Under the pieces are notes generated by a model, which searched no databases, was not told where the DNA came from, and was given only the letters and a program-made list of their open reading frames with translations. Of a stretch of 61,548 nucleotides of DNA, positions 58,349 through 61,548 are shown piece after piece. Origin of the DNA: Cyclobacteriaceae bacterium (lineage in GTDB: Bacteria > Bacteroidota > Bacteroidia > Cytophagales > Cyclobacteriaceae). The translations under genes were made by a program, and so were the position numbers. How positions within the stretch are numbered: the first letter of the stretch is position 1; the number at the start of each line of letters is the position of its first letter. The stretch covers positions 1-61,548 of the forward strand of contig JAIBBB010000001.1 in the NCBI GenBank assembly GCA_019694905.1, given 5' to 3'.

Positions 58349-59470
58349 ATGAAAAAGCGATCTCAGGTTTTCTTTCCAATTGTTGTTGGGTTACTCGGTG
58401 GGCTGGCCGGTTATTGGGGTGCCAGCTATCTGGGTGTACTATTCAAAGGTATGTCTGTCACCAGTGCCATCATTGTAGTGGCAGGTATTGTGCCCGCGTA
58501 TTTCCTTGCGGTTGCATTTCACGAGGCCGGGCATGCTTTGACGGGCGTATGGGTGGGATTTGATTTCAAAATGTACGTAGTAGGACCCTTTCTATGGGAA
58601 CGCAACGATCACGGCTTGCATTTCAGATGGAACAGGAATGTGAATGCATCCGGTGGAATGGTTATCAGTATTCCGGTTGCCTCCCCGAGGCTGGCCCGCA
58701 ACTTTGCCTTGTTCGCAGCTGGAGGGCCCGTGGCGAGTCTACTGGCGGCGGCCCTACTATGGGTCTTCGCGGACCTGGTTTCTTCAGGTGTTCCCGAAGC
58801 GGCGGCAGTACAAGTCGTAGCTGCATTGTTCAGGATCACCGCCTTTCTTTCCGTGTTCCTTTTCCTGATCACAGCCATTCCTTTTCACAGCAAAGGTTTT
58901 TCATCCGATGGGGCAAGAGTATTTCGGCTGCTGCGTGGGGGAGATGTTGCGCGCTTTGAACTGCTGATGCTCAAGTTGGTGGCGCAGGCATGGGGCGGAG
59001 TGCGCTATGCCGGGCTGGATGAACGCGAAGTGGAGGAAGCACACAACCTGGGTGAGCAATTGCAATCACCTATGCGTGTGCATGTGGATGGCATCTGGTA
59101 TCACCACTTGTTCGACCGGGGGGATCTTGATTTGGCTGAGGAAAAACTCTCTTTGTATTTGTCACAAGTTGACACCATACCGAAGGGACTTCAGGGAGCG
59201 GTATGGCTTGATGCGGCGTTTTTCTACGCCTATGCCCGCAAGGATCTGACCCGCGCCACCGATTGCTGGACCAGGTTTGAAATGTCGGCGTTAATCCCGA
59301 AGGCATCCGTGCTGGCTACCGAAGCGGCCGTAGCCCTTCTGAAGGGTGAGCGGGAGATTGCGAAGGAAAGACTGGAGCAGGCATGGAAGGAGGTCGACTA
59401 TATGCTGGATAAGGGTGGAGCCGTATCGCTTAGGGAGAAAATACAACGCATGCAGTCACAACTGGGTTAG
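58349..59470 (+). CDS. M50-family (site-2) membrane metallopeptidase with a helical C-terminal domain
   Basis: FHEAGH (HExxH) within a TM segment, AGGP, and SDG as third ligand. Confidence 0.82.
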   Translation: MKKRSQVFFPIVVGLLGGLAGYWGASYLGVLFKGMSVTSAIIVVAGIVPAYFLAVAFHEAGHALTGVWVGFDFKMYVVGPFLWERNDHGLHFRWNRNVNASGGMVISIPVASPRLARNFALFAAGGPVASLLAAALLWVFADLVSSGVPEAAAVQVVAALFRITAFLSVFLFLITAIPFHSKGFSSDGARVFRLLRGGDVARFELLMLKLVAQAWGGVRYAGLDEREVEEAHNLGEQLQSPMRVHVDGIWYHHLFDRGDLDLAEEKLSLYLSQVDTIPKGLQGAVWLDAAFFYAYARKDLTRATDCWTRFEMSALIPKASVLATEAAVALLKGEREIAKERLEQAWKEVDYMLDKGGAVSLREKIQRMQSQLG

Positions 59471-59522
59471 CAATTGGATTGCACCAAATAGCACCATTTG
59501 GTTACTTTAGTTTGACTAAACC

Positions 59523-60740
59523 ATGCCTATGGACTCCCCCTCCACGGACTTGCCGGATCAGCCGGTAGCTGAAGTGCCAGATAAGAAGAGCGCCCACAGA
59601 CTGAGTCTCACCCGGATTGACAAGCGATTTACCGCTCTTTTCTCCATCCTTGCCAAGTTGTTTTTCATTGTCCTCATCGTTTTGGCTATGGTGGTTGTCA
59701 CCCGGGAGCTTTTTTCACAGGAATAGGTCATTCAACAGGTAAGCGTCCCCGAACGTGTTGAGAAGGCAGGCTATACAGGGCCGGTGGTCGCCCAGCTGAT
59801 TGCCCAGCAGGTTCACGATATTATTTTTGCCAGCCGTAAGGTGGAGTTTGTGGAGGAATACAAGAGCAGTCTGGACGTCAATGAATTGTCCGTAGACATG
59901 GTTGGGCTCGGAGTTCCCATCCGATCCGTGATTGAAATGCTGGGCAAGGCAATTGGTGTCGATCGGAAGAGGAAGATCAACACCATTATTACGGAAGAGG
60001 CTGGAAAGATTGTTTTGACCGTACTGATTTCCGGTGGAGTTTCAGACAGGATGGAGTTGCCCTTGTCTGACAACAGCAATCCTCCCATGAAGAAGCTGAT
60101 CTCCGAGGTCAGTGAAGTCATTCTCAAGCACACCAATGAGAACGTACTTGTTCCTTACTATGTGCAAGTCACAGGAGAACTTGACAAAGAGATTGAATTG
60201 TACAAGTTTTTACTTGACAAGCATTTCGGCGACAGTATCAACGCCGGAATCATGTATGTGCGCTGGAGCAGAGCCTTGTTGGAGCTCGGTCAAAGAGAAG
60301 CCGCGGAGCAGAAACTTGAATTGGCGATTGCAAATAATCCAAAGGAGCCGACTATTTACCTTGCTCAGGCTGAAATGGCAAGGAAGGACGGGGATTACTT
60401 GCGGGCCATTCAACTGGTGAAGAGGCGAATGAACATGAGACAGGTACCGACATCAGGTGATTATAGCAACCTTGGTCTTATATACTCATATGCTGGTGTT
60501 TCTGATTCTGCCATCCACTATTACAATAAGGCGATCGAATCAGATCCTGACGCTGCAATATCCTATTACAACCTCTCGTATGAATTTCTGATCAAAGGAG
60601 ATACCGGCGTAGCGCTGGACTATCTTGAGCGGTCGTTTGCGAGATCTTTTTCAGTTAGTGCCTTTTTGAAGGATCCGGATATGAAGTCAGTAGTCAATCA
60701 CCCGCGTGTGAAATCCATGATGCTGAAGTATAGGCCGTAG
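59523..60740 (+). pseudogene. Membrane-anchored TPR protein split by an in-frame TAG at 59724-59726
   Basis: ORFs 59523-59726 and 59784-60740 share one frame; the join reads RELFSQE*VIQQVSVPERVEKAGYTGPVVAQLI. TPR motifs lie at the C-terminus. Confidence 0.75.
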
Positions 60741-60803
60741 TCGCAGGTCCCGATGGGCTGGCGTGGGCAGTGCGCAAGTAGTCAGGTTGATCGGGCGATG
60801 AAG

Positions 60804-61247
60804 TTATTTTAAACGAACGTACTTCTCAATATTGAGCCGGTCCACTCCGGCGCTTTCAATTCGCTCGATGCCTTGTTGGGTAAGCGTGTCCTGATGAAGC
60901 GTGATCGTGAAGCTGAAATCATGACCCTCCCAGACCCGGTCGGTGCAATACTCGAGGTGCTCGGTGTATTGATCGCCCTTCAGTTCATAGCGCCCGCCGC
61001 CTGAGAAGTAGACTGCCGTTGAGTCTTTCCCCTGCTGAAGGTCGTGATTGAAGAAGGCAAAATGAGTGGGGCTGATAATCTTGATCATTCGCACGTTTTT
61101 GGTGTAGTCGGTAAATACCGTATCACCTTTTTCAATGAGCGTACCGGACAGCAATTGCCATGTACCTTCTATTTGTGAAGCTTTCTTTCCTGAAGGCGCG
61201 CATGAGAACACGAAGAGCAGGATTGGGATGAACAGTAGTTTTTTCAT
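60804..61247 (-). CDS. Hypothetical lipoprotein (lipocalin-like beta-barrel)
   Basis: Lipobox VFSC; IEGTWQLLS, GGGRY and YTEHLEYC motifs. Confidence 0.75.
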   Translation of the reverse strand: MKKLLFIPILLFVFSCAPSGKKASQIEGTWQLLSGTLIEKGDTVFTDYTKNVRMIKIISPTHFAFFNHDLQQGKDSTAVYFSGGGRYELKGDQYTEHLEYCTDRVWEGHDFSFTITLHQDTLTQQGIERIESAGVDRLNIEKYVRLK

Positions 61248-61297
61248 GGTGTGGGTTGTATAAATGGGCTTACGATGCACTTGTGGAAATAGCAGGT

Positions 61298-61548
61298 TCA
61301 CTGCTTGTCGGTTGCCGGTGGAGCAGTTTTTAACTGCCAGAGGAGGATCAGTCCAATCAGCAGTTCTGCGGGCACGTACAACAAGGTCCATAATTCAACA
61401 GATTGGCTGAGCAGCGGGTAGGAAAGGTCATAAAATCCCAGAGCCAGTGAAAGATGATCAATGGCCACAGGTTCCGTATTTTCAGCGAAACGGTAGCGGC
61501 GTAGAGGCCGAACACAAAGGTCATGGCAAGTTGTGATATTGTTGCTGT
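61298..61548 (-). pseudogene. 3' end of a CPBP (CAAX protease-like) intramembrane metalloprotease with an apparent 1-nt frameshift
   Basis: QLAMTFVFGLYAA..RNLWPLIIFHWLWDF reads in one frame; a TM-like tail YPLLSQSVELWTLLYVPAELLIGLILLWQLK..* reads in another. The shift is near 61420-61426. Confidence 0.6.

Noticed and set aside
1-61548. Global TAG reassignment (alternative genetic code)
   Set aside because: Many genes end at TAG exactly where their family ends (XRE 7411, VOC 10323, PorP-OmpA 27746, GH53 50262, kinase 51229), so TAG is a working stop codon.

Overview
A gene-dense chromosomal window from a Bacteroidota bacterium, probably Cytophagales-like (inferred from T9SS cargo and PorP/SprF, SusC/SusD and lipoprotein signal peptides). 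I found no rRNA, tRNA, CRISPR array or mobile element. Main blocks: (1) two large signal-peptide TPR-CHAT (caspase-clan) proteases, one with an N-terminal MORN-variant repeat array and one with a PDZ-like insertion; (2) assorted enzymes (SET, thioredoxin, VOC, M14 peptidase, carboxylesterase, PqaA-like, Nth, alpha-hydroxy acid oxidase); (3) an ECF sigma / TonB_C / type-B CTD cargo / PorP-OmpA fusion / NHL lipoprotein locus with a repeated ECF-like promoter motif, followed by a 1849-aa T9SS surface protein; (4) a TonB-dependent receptor operon and a SusCDEF-VCBS-GH53 PUL; (5) a histidine kinase lacking an input domain, a LytTR regulator, a secreted protein with a WPPPPP tail and a 7TM protein, which is my best candidate for an undescribed signalling system. 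Three items are missing or split in the ORF track: a pair of tandem 46-aa paralogous microproteins, two genes split by a single in-frame TAG, and a frameshifted CPBP gene. All calls come from reading motifs by eye; no searches were run.
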